The position numbers were made by a program, and so were the translations under genes. A stretch of 64,000 nucleotides of DNA from Vicinamibacterales bacterium (lineage in GTDB: Bacteria; Acidobacteriota; Vicinamibacteria; Vicinamibacterales; UBA8438), in the NCBI GenBank assembly GCA_036012905.1, contig DASCQF010000009.1, positions 12,982-76,981 on the forward strand, written 5' to 3'. This document shows, piece by piece, positions 1 to 9,765 of this stretch (position 1 is the stretch's first letter; every line of letters begins with the position of its first letter). The notes under the pieces are model-generated. The model worked only from the letters and a program-made list of their open reading frames with translations, did no database searches and had not been told where the DNA came from.

Positions 1-15
1 TCATGAGCGCCTGAA

Positions 16-294
16 TCACCCGAACGACACGATAGTCGTGACCGAACACGAAATAGATGCTTCCGAAAAACGCGTAAATGCCTGGCTCTCGCCTTGGCTG
101 CAGTCCCTTCGTCGGAAAGCCATAACCCCGCGCCAGGTTCCAGCCCCCGTGTCGTAAGCGGCGGCATCGCTCTCCACCACAAGCCATGGATCCATCCAGA
201 CCAAGTACATTACGTTCAGGGCCAGCGCCACAAAACAGACCGCGAGCACCCAGGATCGCTTGGATCTCATTTTGCCCCGGTCGATCATGTCCAC
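16..294 (-). CDS. hypothetical membrane-anchored protein at the downstream end of the minus-strand cluster; boundaries uncertain
   Basis: The 92-aa ORF has one hydrophobic helix (SWVLAVCFVALALNVMYLVWM), and its start overlaps the stop of the upstream methyltransferase. Its C-terminal third is not protein-like. A second frame (GYGFPTKGLQPRREPGIYAFFGSIYFVFGHDYRVV...) runs off the window start, so a frameshift or a longer gene is possible. Confidence 0.3.
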   Translation of the reverse strand: MDMIDRGKMRSKRSWVLAVCFVALALNVMYLVWMDPWLVVESDAAAYDTGAGTWRGVMAFRRRDCSQGESQAFTRFSEASISCSVTTIVSFG

Positions 295-1190
295 GTCTCG
301 ACGAGCTTGCCTCCGACCGGCGTCATTACGCGCCCCGCCGAAGCGTGGAATACCACCCGGGACACACGGTTGTTCAACCTCAGCAGCCAGTTCTCTAGAC
401 GATTCGACGACATCGTCGGCTCGGCCGGCGAGACCCGGACCCGAGAAAATCCGGATTGATCGAGAAGCCTTGCCAGACTCTCCGGCGAGAAGTCACGAAG
501 GTGAAATGGCGGGCACAACAGATCCAGTCCCAGGAGCTTCTTGACGCCATACGCCGGCACCGCTTGCGGGACAACTCCGATCAGAAGCCCGCCCGGCTTC
601 AGGACGCGATGCACGTGCGACAGCATGAGCAGAGGATCCCACACGTGCTCTAGCAGGTAGATGCACGTCACCACGTCGTATTGGGCGTCGGGCAGTCCGA
701 GATCCTCCAAGGCCTCTTCGTGCACAGTAGCACCCAGATGAACACGACAGTAGTCGGCCGCAGCGGCGGCCAACTCGATGCCCTCCCGATCCCACTCAGC
801 TGCGGAAAACATCTCCAGTAGGAACCCATAGCTGCAACCGATGTCCAGTACCCGCCTGCGGCGGTTATCATCCTCGCGTGCCGAGCTAGCCGCCAGGCGG
901 TACGCCTGATGGAACACACCGCTCATCTGGCGGCGCCAGCCCTCGATCCCATCCGCGTCGAGCGCTTCGAAAAAGCGTCCATACCAGTCCGAAAGAGCGT
1001 CGCGCGTCGGTCGCGGGTTCACGTAGACGTGGCGGCACTGCCGACAGCGCAAGATGCGGAAGCCGTTCTCCACGTGCAGCTGGATCGCCTCGTCGTGCCC
1101 ACACAGCTCGCAGCTGCGTTCTTCGAGGGCCTCCGCCGGTCCGGGCCATTCGCGCCAACGACCAGCCTCGGTCGTGCTCGCATCGGTCAC
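285..1190 (-). CDS. class I SAM-dependent methyltransferase with N-terminal Cys4 zinc-ribbon
   Basis: It has the SAM motif I VLDIGCSYGFLLE and an N-terminal CELCGH...CRQCRHVYVNP ribbon. It makes a 4-nt ATGA overlap with the upstream gene. Confidence 0.85.
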   Translation of the reverse strand: MTDASTTEAGRWREWPGPAEALEERSCELCGHDEAIQLHVENGFRILRCRQCRHVYVNPRPTRDALSDWYGRFFEALDADGIEGWRRQMSGVFHQAYRLAASSAREDDNRRRRVLDIGCSYGFLLEMFSAAEWDREGIELAAAAADYCRVHLGATVHEEALEDLGLPDAQYDVVTCIYLLEHVWDPLLMLSHVHRVLKPGGLLIGVVPQAVPAYGVKKLLGLDLLCPPFHLRDFSPESLARLLDQSGFSRVRVSPAEPTMSSNRLENWLLRLNNRVSRVVFHASAGRVMTPVGGKLVETWT

Positions 1191-2128
1191 AGGATGGCGT
1201 CCAGGATTTCGGGTCGCGTTGCGGCCTCACGGTATGTAACCGACCGAAAGCGACTCGCAATCGTCTTGACGACCTGATCGACCATATTCAAACGCTCGGC
1301 GAGCGGAATTCGCAGGGCTGGATAGCGTTTGAGCGTCGGCGCGAACCCGTCATCGTTCTCTCCAAGTAGATCAAAGGAGTGAAAGACGTAGGTCAGAAAT
1401 TTCATGTGACGAACAGCAGCAAACTGCGCCTGAAAGGCTCGAATCCCAGCCGTAAACATCACCGTTGCATACACGGGAAACTTGACGCCAGGAATCTGGG
1501 TAATGGGAAACTCAACCATTGGGCGGGTGCCCATTCGCCAGTATGGCCGCCCCAGGCGATACGGGCGGTTTGGCGCCAGGGCGCACTGCCAATCGCCCAG
1601 ACCAAGCGGACGACCGCCCCCGACGACGCGGTAGCACACGTTCAGCAACGGATTGAAGAACGACGGATAGACCGACGCGTCGTAGTGAAATCCCCGTTCC
1701 TCCAGAATGTCGATCACGTCGGCGTCGATATCGTGGGCCGGCGCCTTGTAGCCTACGACCGGCTGCCCCGTCGCGTCTTCGAGCAGCTTCTGAGCATCCT
1801 CGATCTCACGGACCTTGTCCGCGTAGGCCATCTCGCGCATGCCGAACGGGTGCGTCATCGTGTGATTCGCCACCTCGTGCCCGGAATCGACAAAGCGCCG
1901 GAGACTGCGGCTGTTCTTGTCTGTCAGGATGTCTTCGCCGACTACGAACAGCGTCGCCTGGACGCCGTGCCGCGCGAGGATGTCCAGGAACCGATCGGCC
2001 ACCGGTCCGAACATCACCTCGCCGACCGGAGGCGCCGGCAGGTTCAGCGTGCGATACAGGTGCCGTGTGTCCTCGTAGTCGAGCGCAATGCACGCGAAGC
2101 GCCGGTCGCCATTGTTGGACGCGTCCAT
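1187..2128 (-). CDS. polysaccharide deacetylase (NodB-homology / CE4-like)
   Basis: Motifs: FACIALDYEDT, ATLFVVGEDI and HEVANHTMTHP. I chose the start at the second Met (2128) because it gives an ATGA overlap with the upstream stop; the ORF track extends to 2185. Confidence 0.8.
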   Translation of the reverse strand: MDASNNGDRRFACIALDYEDTRHLYRTLNLPAPPVGEVMFGPVADRFLDILARHGVQATLFVVGEDILTDKNSRSLRRFVDSGHEVANHTMTHPFGMREMAYADKVREIEDAQKLLEDATGQPVVGYKAPAHDIDADVIDILEERGFHYDASVYPSFFNPLLNVCYRVVGGGRPLGLGDWQCALAPNRPYRLGRPYWRMGTRPMVEFPITQIPGVKFPVYATVMFTAGIRAFQAQFAAVRHMKFLTYVFHSFDLLGENDDGFAPTLKRYPALRIPLAERLNMVDQVVKTIASRFRSVTYREAATRPEILDAIL

Positions 2129-3555
2129 CACACGAGGGGCTGCCGGTTCGACAGGCGCCAGTAGTCGAGCATCTCGTCGTACCACTGCGCGCTCGTCGCC
2201 CCCGTTTCAATGCGCTCGACAAGCATGCGTCCGTTCTCCATGGAGTCGTGCATGTCGTTCTGCAGAAACATCCCCTGCCGGCCAAACGAAAAGACGTTCT
2301 CGGCGGACGAGAGACCGTCGAGCACAGCGCTGAGATTACGATCGAAGTCCAGATCGTAGACCGGGTAGGCGTCCTTCATGCGCACGACGTGATAGTCAAC
2401 GATCTTCGTCGTATCGACGTCCGGCATGCGCGCAAGCTCATCCCGGGCCACCTGGAAGATCCCCTCGTCCGACCGGCTCCACCACTCGTCGCCGACGTAA
2501 CAGCCGCGCTCGATGGTCACCACGCTTCGGCCAGGCGTGGCGGTGTCGGCGCTCATGTTCTTCTGCTCGGTGAGCCGATTGAACTTGAACGTCGGATCGA
2601 CCAGATAGATCCAATGAACCGGCAGCACCTTCGGCAGGTCAAATGCCAGGTAGACGACCAGGAGCGACCGGTATCGAAGCAGCTTGAGCGCGTGACGGAA
2701 GAACTCGCCCAGCGCGGGACGCACGGACGACACCAGATATCGCAGGGGAATTGACGACAGGACGAGGTCACACGGAATCTCCGCCGTGCCGCCGCCGTTG
2801 GAGACCCGGACGCTGGTCGCACGCCCGTCGTTGACACAGACCGTCACCGGCTCGGTGGACAGATGGAACTGACCACTGCGTGCGCCGATCTCGGCCGCGA
2901 GGCGTTCGAAGAGCTGGCCGCTGCCATGGCGAGGGTAGACGAGGTCCTTCCAGTAGGTCTCCTGCTCCTCACCTTTGCCGCCGAGCAGTTTCAGAATGAT
3001 GTCCTTGAGATTCAGCCGATGGATCTTGCGCGCGGCAAACTTGGGGGAAATCCTGGCCGGGTGCATCCCCCAGACCTTTGCCGTGTACTGACCGAAACAG
3101 AGCTCGTAGAGCGACTTGCCGAAGCGCTTGATGCACCACGACTCGAAGTTGTCATCTGGCACCGCTATGTAGCGGTAAATCAGCGACGACATCAGAAAAT
3201 CGAAGCCCAGCCTGGCCGAAAAGAACGGGTTCAACTTCCGGAGCAGCTCGTAGAACTGCATCGGATACCGGAAGTATCTCTTCTTGAGATAGAGCAGCTC
3301 GTCTCGATCCTGAAAAATCAGGTCGTCCGGCCGGTCCGCGAACAGGTTCCTGACCAGGTCCATCGACGGCGACGGCTTTACGTGAAAGGCATGTGGCCCG
3401 TAATCGAGCTTGAAGTCGCCCCAGCGGAAGGTGGCGCCAAGACCGCCGACGCGCGGCTCGCGGTCCACGATCTCAACGTGGTAGCCCTTCTCCGTCAGGT
3501 GATACGCCGCACTCAGGCCAGCCGGGCCAGCCCCCAAGACCACCGCGCGCTTCAT
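2128..3555 (-). CDS. FAD/NAD(P)-binding oxidoreductase (amine-oxidase / phytoene-desaturase-like fold)
   Basis: The N-terminal dinucleotide-binding motif is MKRAVVLGAGPAGLSAAYHL...VEIVDRE. The 475-aa length is typical of this family. Confidence 0.8.
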   Translation of the reverse strand: MKRAVVLGAGPAGLSAAYHLTEKGYHVEIVDREPRVGGLGATFRWGDFKLDYGPHAFHVKPSPSMDLVRNLFADRPDDLIFQDRDELLYLKKRYFRYPMQFYELLRKLNPFFSARLGFDFLMSSLIYRYIAVPDDNFESWCIKRFGKSLYELCFGQYTAKVWGMHPARISPKFAARKIHRLNLKDIILKLLGGKGEEQETYWKDLVYPRHGSGQLFERLAAEIGARSGQFHLSTEPVTVCVNDGRATSVRVSNGGGTAEIPCDLVLSSIPLRYLVSSVRPALGEFFRHALKLLRYRSLLVVYLAFDLPKVLPVHWIYLVDPTFKFNRLTEQKNMSADTATPGRSVVTIERGCYVGDEWWSRSDEGIFQVARDELARMPDVDTTKIVDYHVVRMKDAYPVYDLDFDRNLSAVLDGLSSAENVFSFGRQGMFLQNDMHDSMENGRMLVERIETGATSAQWYDEMLDYWRLSNRQPLV

Positions 3556-4487
3556 GGGAGAGTCTCTTCCGGCTCCAGGTGTGCCTTGAGGCGCAGCAAG
3601 CCGTCTTCCAGCTCGATGGCGGGCTCGAACCCGTAGAGGCGCCGCATCCTATCCGGAGACACGGAGAATCGAATGTACTCTGGAACGGTATCAGCGTGGC
3701 GTATGCGGCCTTCCGGTCGTCCAAGAATGAGTGACGCCCGATTGACGAGCTCATTGATCGTCAATGGCGCGCCCGAGCTCAAGTCCACTACGTGGTTGGC
3801 AACCCCGGCCACCATCATCAGACGGACTGCCCGCACAAGGTCGTCCACGTGCAGCGCATCGATGAGATTCTCGCCATCGCCGCGAACCTCGAACGGACTG
3901 CCCGACGCGTCGCCGGCCCAGCGGACGAGACGCGTGAAGAGCTTGCGCTCGGGCTCGTAGCGGCCGTAGGCACCGAAGAAGCGAACAATGACGTAGCTCG
4001 AGATCTGCCCCTCAGACCGGAAGTGTTGCACATAGCGTTCACACGCAAATTTTGATATCGCATACGGCAGAGTGGGCTCGACTGGCGTCTCCGGTCCGAC
4101 GAGGCCCTCGAGCCCGTCATAGACCGCACCCGATGAGAAGTACACGAGCCGATCGCACGCTACGGACGTCAGCAGGGTGACGAGACTGACCGGCCCATCG
4201 AGTAGGTCGCCGCGCGGATCGCGGACAGAGTAAGCGGGGTCGCCGTTGGCCGCCAGATGGACAATGACGTCCGTCCGCCCCCCGAGCTGCCGACCAAGCG
4301 CTACTACGTCTTCCTGGATGGCCAGATCGCACTTGATCGGCACTACATGCCCGAGCCCATTCGCCCGCACCCAAGCTGGAAAGTCCGTCGACCGCCGGTA
4401 GATCGCAAAAACGACCCAGTCGGAATCAGTCCCGAGCAGCAGGTTCCTGCCAACGAACCCCGACGCGCCCGTCACCAGGAGACGCAC
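3552..4487 (-). CDS. NAD-dependent sugar-nucleotide epimerase/dehydratase (extended SDR)
   Basis: It carries the Rossmann motif LLVTGASGFVGRNL and the catalytic YAISKFACE (YxxxK). It uses a GTG start that overlaps the upstream TAG stop. Confidence 0.85.
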   Translation of the reverse strand: MRLLVTGASGFVGRNLLLGTDSDWVVFAIYRRSTDFPAWVRANGLGHVVPIKCDLAIQEDVVALGRQLGGRTDVIVHLAANGDPAYSVRDPRGDLLDGPVSLVTLLTSVACDRLVYFSSGAVYDGLEGLVGPETPVEPTLPYAISKFACERYVQHFRSEGQISSYVIVRFFGAYGRYEPERKLFTRLVRWAGDASGSPFEVRGDGENLIDALHVDDLVRAVRLMMVAGVANHVVDLSSGAPLTINELVNRASLILGRPEGRIRHADTVPEYIRFSVSPDRMRRLYGFEPAIELEDGLLRLKAHLEPEETLP

Positions 4488-5563
4488 TACCGATTCGCCT
4501 CGAGTGCCTTAGCCATCGCGCGGGCGACAGCGTCATGCCCGGCCGGCGTGAGGTGGATGAAGTTGACAGCGAAAGAGTAGATATCACGCTCTGGAAAGAA
4601 GACACTCACCCCGCGATCGGCCTCGGCCTGCAGCGCCACCAGCACGTCGATGCACTGGAGGCCGATCTCCCTGCACATCGCGGCAACCCGCCGCTGCGGA
4701 CCATTGAGGCTGTCGCCCTCCCAGGACTGGCGCAGGTGCGGTACGACCTGGTTCCCGAACGGCAGCACGACCACCACGAGGCGTGCATCGTGCGATCGCA
4801 CCGCATCGGCAAGCTCGCTGAGGAGGGTCCGCGTCCGCTGCCAGCCCTCGTCGACCCAGGGCTGCGGCGGATCCTCTAGCAGGGCGGTCCCGCTGTAGAA
4901 CCCCGCACTCCGAAAACCGAGGCGGACAAGCAGGGAGTCGTAGCTCTCGGCGAGCAGACGATAGAAATGAAGACGGCGTAGGCGTGACTTCAAAGGAATG
5001 TTGAGCTCCATCGGCCGACTGACCGCCGCGCGAACGTTGTCAGCAACGTCATTGCCGAGAAAGAGACCGAGAACAACCAGGCGCGCCTGCAGTCGATGGA
5101 GCCGGTCACTGTAGTAGGCGAGCGCGTCCGCCGTGCCATACCCTGGGACGCCCGCGTTGAGCACCCGGACGGGGTTCGCCTCGTCCTCGAACAAACGGTC
5201 CAGGACCGTGGGGTACGCTGCCTCGCCTTCCACCCACGCCCCGAATGTCTGGGAGTCACCGAGGACTAAGATGCGGTCACCCCGATCCGTAGTCGCGACG
5301 GACGCAGTCGACGAGACCCGCAGCCCCCAGTCGTCGGTGTAGATGGCCGCGCGGAGATCGCCGGCGGGCGATTGCATGAGGGGCCCGCGTAGGCCCGACG
5401 TCGGACGGTAGCCGTACGACGACCCGTCGCGGGTCATTACACCCTCCGGGAAAAGTATCGGGCGCGTTGCGTAGTACCAGGAGAGAACAAATTCGGCAGA
5501 ACACAGACCGACCAGTAGCCCTGTAACTACGAACACGAAACGGAATACTCTGCCGCGCTTCAT
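4487..5563 (-). CDS. membrane-anchored SGNH/GDSL-family hydrolase (possible sugar O-acetyl esterase/transferase)
   Basis: SGNH block I is ILVLGDSQTFG, block III is LFLGNDV, and the C-terminal block is HLTPAGHD. The N-terminal TM anchor begins MKRGRVFRFVFVVTGLLVGL. I trimmed the start to the Met at 5563, which gives an ATGA overlap with the upstream gene. Confidence 0.7.
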   Translation of the reverse strand: MKRGRVFRFVFVVTGLLVGLCSAEFVLSWYYATRPILFPEGVMTRDGSSYGYRPTSGLRGPLMQSPAGDLRAAIYTDDWGLRVSSTASVATTDRGDRILVLGDSQTFGAWVEGEAAYPTVLDRLFEDEANPVRVLNAGVPGYGTADALAYYSDRLHRLQARLVVLGLFLGNDVADNVRAAVSRPMELNIPLKSRLRRLHFYRLLAESYDSLLVRLGFRSAGFYSGTALLEDPPQPWVDEGWQRTRTLLSELADAVRSHDARLVVVVLPFGNQVVPHLRQSWEGDSLNGPQRRVAAMCREIGLQCIDVLVALQAEADRGVSVFFPERDIYSFAVNFIHLTPAGHDAVARAMAKALEANR

Positions 5564-6525
5564 GCCTTCGCATCCTTCAAGGTTCGCCGAAAGTACTCGA
5601 TGGTTTCCGAAATGCCTTCGTCGAGCCCGACGCGTGGCGAGAAGCCGAGCAACCGCTCGGCCTTCGCGATCGACGGAACCCGGACCTCCACGTCCGGCCC
5701 AGTCTGTTCGCGAAACTCGATCTTCGACTTCGACCCGGTGAGCGCAATGATCTTGTTGGCCAGCTCCAAGATCGTGATCGTGCCACGAGGGTTGCCGATG
5801 TTGAATACCTCCATCTGGGGAAATGAAGTCGACAGGACCCTCAGCAGGCCATCGACGAAATCCGAGACATAGCACCACGCGCGAATCTGAGTGCCGTCGC
5901 CGGTAATCGTGAGTGGCTCATCGCGTACCGCCTGATACGCAAACCGCTGGATGGCGCTCTCGCCCGACTGTCGCGGTCCGTAGACGTTGAACGGCCGAAC
6001 GCTCACCGCTTCGATACCGTGCTCAGCCGCGTAGGCGTGCGACATGTGCTCGGCCGCGAGCTTGCTGACGGCGTACGACCAGCGGATGCTCCCCACGGGG
6101 CCCTGGGTTGTCGGTGCATCTTCCGCCGCTCGGTAGACTTGTGGGCCGTAGACCTCGCTTGTCGAAAAGTCGACAAACTTCTGCACACCGTTCGCCACGG
6201 CTCCGTCGAGCGCGTTAATCGTTCCTAGGAGGTTCACCTTCATGGTGACCATCGGGCGCTTGACGACAGTCTCGATGCCGGCGATCGCAGCGCAATGAAT
6301 CACGATCTCAGCCTCCTCCATCGCGGCGTTGAGGCCTGCAGTATCGAGAACATCGCCCTCGACGACCGTAACGTTGGGATGGCTCAGAATTGCCTTGTCC
6401 GCGAGCGAGCGCCGATACCCGTTATCGAAGAGCACGATCGTGTTGGAGGCCATGAGCTCCTCCACGACATGGGACGCAATGAACCCGAGCCCCCCGGTGA
6501 TGAAGAGGCGTTTTCCGGAAATCAT
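5560..6525 (-). CDS. NAD-dependent sugar-nucleotide epimerase/dehydratase/decarboxylase (extended SDR)
   Basis: It carries the Rossmann motif LFITGGLGFIASHVVEEL and the catalytic YAVSKLAAEH. Confidence 0.85.
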   Translation of the reverse strand: MISGKRLFITGGLGFIASHVVEELMASNTIVLFDNGYRRSLADKAILSHPNVTVVEGDVLDTAGLNAAMEEAEIVIHCAAIAGIETVVKRPMVTMKVNLLGTINALDGAVANGVQKFVDFSTSEVYGPQVYRAAEDAPTTQGPVGSIRWSYAVSKLAAEHMSHAYAAEHGIEAVSVRPFNVYGPRQSGESAIQRFAYQAVRDEPLTITGDGTQIRAWCYVSDFVDGLLRVLSTSFPQMEVFNIGNPRGTITILELANKIIALTGSKSKIEFREQTGPDVEVRVPSIAKAERLLGFSPRVGLDEGISETIEYFRRTLKDAKA

Positions 6526-7691
6526 GAATCAACCCTCGCGGCGCGTATGCCCGACATGGTCTCATGCGCCAGAAATTCCCTATATGCCGTTTCCAAGGCC
6601 CGAACGCCGACCGACGCTGCGAAGCGTTTCCGAACGGTCCGCCTGGCTTCGTTCGTCAGGGCCCACCGAAGACCTGAATCTCGCAGAAGCCGGAGCAATG
6701 CGGCCGCGAGCGCCTTGGGGTCCCGTGGAGGCAGGAGCAAGCCGTCGACTTCATCCGTGACGACTTCCGGAATCCCGTCCGCCGAGGTTGCGACCACCGG
6801 CAGTCCCGCTGCCATCGCTTCCATGAGTGCGATGCCGAGCCCTTCGGCGACCGACGGGAACGCGAATAGATCCGCGGCACGCAAGAGCGACTCTACGTCG
6901 CGGGTCGAGCCGAGGAGGCGTACTCGCGCAGCGACGCCGAGGGCACGGGCCCGCGCTTCGAGGGCCGGCCCCTCCGGCCCTTCGCCAGCAAGCCAGACCT
7001 GCGCGCGCGGTGCACAGGCAAGAACGTCGGGCAGCGCCTCGATGAGGTCAGCCTGGCCCTTCTCCCACGAGAGCCGACCCACGTTGAGAATGACAACGTC
7101 TTCGTCACTGCACCCCGCCCCGGCGCGCGTGGCCCGCCGAGCCGCTGGATCGGGCGGATTGCGAGGCTCCAGGTCGATGTAATTGTGCACCACCTTGATA
7201 TCCGGCAGCGCGAAGTGCTTTGTGTAGTCGGCGCGGACCGCGTCCGACACCGCCAGAAAACCATCATTGATCCGTCGTGCGGACCAGCGGTCGAGCATCT
7301 TCCAGAGGGCACCGCCCAACGAACGCGGCGGCCAATGCGTATAGTCGGGACAGTGGAAGGACGTCACGACGACTGGCACGCCGGCCAGTCTGGCGGCGAG
7401 GCGCCCGTATAGATTCGCCTGCCTCAAGTGCGTATGGACAATCGTCGGACGGGCTCCGCGGAGCAGACGGACAAGTCGGGCCAGTGCCCCTGCATCGAGA
7501 AGCCGCCGTGCCCCGACGGTCTGTACGGTCACCCCGGCGGCCTCCAATGCCGGCTTCAGGTCGAGTGGCGGCGCCATGGCGATCACCGCGGGCTCGAATT
7601 GCGTACGGTCGAGGTGACGAACGGTCGTCAGAATGAGCTGCTCGGCGCCCCCGCGCCTCAACGTGTCGATCAAAAACAGCACCCGTGTCAC
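6522..7691 (-). CDS. glycosyltransferase, GT4 (GT-B fold)
   Basis: The N-terminus reads VLFLIDTLRRGGAEQ. The C-terminal EX7E-type region reads FPSVAEGLGIALMEAMAAGLPVVATS. Confidence 0.85.
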   Translation of the reverse strand: MTRVLFLIDTLRRGGAEQLILTTVRHLDRTQFEPAVIAMAPPLDLKPALEAAGVTVQTVGARRLLDAGALARLVRLLRGARPTIVHTHLRQANLYGRLAARLAGVPVVVTSFHCPDYTHWPPRSLGGALWKMLDRWSARRINDGFLAVSDAVRADYTKHFALPDIKVVHNYIDLEPRNPPDPAARRATRAGAGCSDEDVVILNVGRLSWEKGQADLIEALPDVLACAPRAQVWLAGEGPEGPALEARARALGVAARVRLLGSTRDVESLLRAADLFAFPSVAEGLGIALMEAMAAGLPVVATSADGIPEVVTDEVDGLLLPPRDPKALAAALLRLLRDSGLRWALTNEARRTVRKRFAASVGVRALETAYREFLAHETMSGIRAARVDS

Positions 7692-7700
7692 AACCGATTC

Positions 7701-9623
7701 TCAGTCGAAGAAGTGCTGAAACCACAACTCCAGATTCACGCAACTCCAGATGGCAAACGTCTTGTTGGCCCGGCCCTCACAGTGCGCCTTGAAGTCCTGC
7801 TGAATCTGCCTCACATCGAACACGCCGCGATCTTTGAAGCTCCTGGATGCCAGAAGCTCCCCAATTGGATCTCGCAACTCTTCCTGAAACCAGACCTGGG
7901 CAGACGTCGTGAATCCAAGCTTGCTGATTCGAGAACTGACTGCCTCTGGCAGCTCTGACTGCAGTGCCCGACGCAAGATATACTTATTGACCCCAGCGCG
8001 GATCTTCAGATCCGACGGAATCGAAAACAAGAACTCCACAAGTCGATGATCGAGAAACGGCTGGCGGGTCTCCACGGAAAAGGCCATGCTGTTGCGGTCT
8101 TCATAGCGCAGCCACGCCGGGATCGGGGACACCTCGGCCCCGGCCATGAGCTCATTCGTCAAGTAGCTTGACGAGCGCGACCGACTCGGTCGGGCCACGG
8201 TCTCATGCCGCTTCGCGAAATCCGGGTCCAGACGAGGAAAATGGCGCCGACGCAGACCAAGTCCGTCCCTGACCGCACCCAGCGGACGTGATGCCAATAG
8301 GCGGCCTACTCGCCCAAGGCTCGATGCGACGGACACACCGTGGACGGCCCGAGCGGCACGAAGCTCGCGCACGAAAGCCACTAATCGGAGCTGCTTCAAG
8401 AGATCTGTCTGAAAAGACGTGAGATGTGGGTAGTACCCAGCTGTTGTTTCGTCGCCACCGTGACCGTTGAGTAACACGGTAACGCCGGACGACCGTGCAC
8501 GCTCCATGAGCATCCAATGTGCGAGCATGGTCATGCTCGTCCACGGCTCGTCCTGGTGGGCGATCATCTTCGGCAGAAGGTCGAAGAGTCGGCCCGGATC
8601 AGGAAAGAGGAAGTGCGCTGTGGCTCCCGTCTTCTCGACGACCGGCTCCATGAACTCGCGCTCGTCGAATCGCGCGTCCTCAGCGCAGGACGAGAACGTC
8701 GTCACATTGTCGAGCATTGTCGCCGCCATGCAGACCGCCGACGAGGAGTCCAGCCCGCCGCTCAGGCAGAATCCGATGGGAACGTCGCTCCGGAGACGCA
8801 GCTTGACCGATTCCCTGAACAAGGATCCGAATTGCTCGATGTACTCCTCATCGCGAGCCGCACGCGGCGATCGGGTCTCTGCAAGCTGCCAATACCTTCT
8901 GACCTTGATATCTGACCGGCTGACGAACATCGAGTGACCGGCTGGCAGCTGCCGAATGCCTTCGAAAAATGTTTGATCCGAAGTGTCGGTAAATCCATAG
9001 CCGGTTGCCGCGTAGTCGAACACAGTCGAGTAGTTCGGGGCCTTTGTCACGCCCGGGTACTCGAGCACAGCCTTGATCTCTGATGCCAGGACCACGACGC
9101 TCTCACTGCTGAAAAAATACAGCGGCTTCTCGCCGAAGCGATCTCTCGAACAGAACAAGACCTGCGCGTTTCCGTCCCACAGGATGAACGCCCACATGCC
9201 ATTGAACCGCTGCACGCAATCTGCGCCGTACTCCTCGTACGCCCGAAGCACGACCTCGGTATCAGAGGTCGTGCTGAACACATGGCCTCGTGCACGCAGC
9301 TCGTCTCGCAGCTCGACGTAGTTGTAGATCTCACCGTTGTAGGTCAGCCAGATCTTGCCATCCGCGCTGCCCATCGGCTGGTGAGCCGCTGGCGACAGAT
9401 CGAGGATGCTGAGACGCCTGTTGCCCAGACCCAGATCCCAGTGAGCGGCCCGACCCTCGGGGCGAGAAGGGTCCAGAGCGCTCTTTGCCTCTGTTGCCGT
9501 ATTGAAGAGGATATGCCCCTCGTCATTCGGTCCACGATGCCTGATCGCCCAGGTCATCTTCTTCAATGCCGAGACATCCACCCGTCCGCCCTGCCGATCG
9601 AATACCGCGGCGACTCCACACAT
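7701..9623 (-). CDS. asnB: asparagine synthase (glutamine-hydrolysing) family amidotransferase
   Basis: It has the N-terminal nucleophile MCGVAAVF and the PP-loop CLSGGLDSS. The 640-aa length fits the family. In glycan clusters this family usually amidates sugar carboxylates. Confidence 0.85.
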   Translation of the reverse strand: MCGVAAVFDRQGGRVDVSALKKMTWAIRHRGPNDEGHILFNTATEAKSALDPSRPEGRAAHWDLGLGNRRLSILDLSPAAHQPMGSADGKIWLTYNGEIYNYVELRDELRARGHVFSTTSDTEVVLRAYEEYGADCVQRFNGMWAFILWDGNAQVLFCSRDRFGEKPLYFFSSESVVVLASEIKAVLEYPGVTKAPNYSTVFDYAATGYGFTDTSDQTFFEGIRQLPAGHSMFVSRSDIKVRRYWQLAETRSPRAARDEEYIEQFGSLFRESVKLRLRSDVPIGFCLSGGLDSSSAVCMAATMLDNVTTFSSCAEDARFDEREFMEPVVEKTGATAHFLFPDPGRLFDLLPKMIAHQDEPWTSMTMLAHWMLMERARSSGVTVLLNGHGGDETTAGYYPHLTSFQTDLLKQLRLVAFVRELRAARAVHGVSVASSLGRVGRLLASRPLGAVRDGLGLRRRHFPRLDPDFAKRHETVARPSRSRSSSYLTNELMAGAEVSPIPAWLRYEDRNSMAFSVETRQPFLDHRLVEFLFSIPSDLKIRAGVNKYILRRALQSELPEAVSSRISKLGFTTSAQVWFQEELRDPIGELLASRSFKDRGVFDVRQIQQDFKAHCEGRANKTFAIWSCVNLELWFQHFFD

Positions 9624-9765
9624 CTGAAATCAGCTACCTCTGTCGTCTCGACGCCGTCGCGCCGGCCGAGCGTCGCACCGCCCGGTCGGTTCCTGGGAAG
9701 TCACGCAATTCGGGCCCAGAGGAACTCGACACACCAGAGAGGTCGATACACATCGGCCTGGAACC

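Noticed and set aside
5564-5878. The ORF track gives a 105-codon N-terminal extension to the SGNH hydrolase, and likewise an 82-codon extension to PQQ paralog 3 (57382-57627).
   Set aside because: The extensions overlap the upstream gene or are non-protein-like. The internal Met gives a proper TM anchor or signal peptide and, for the SGNH gene, an ATGA junction with the upstream stop.
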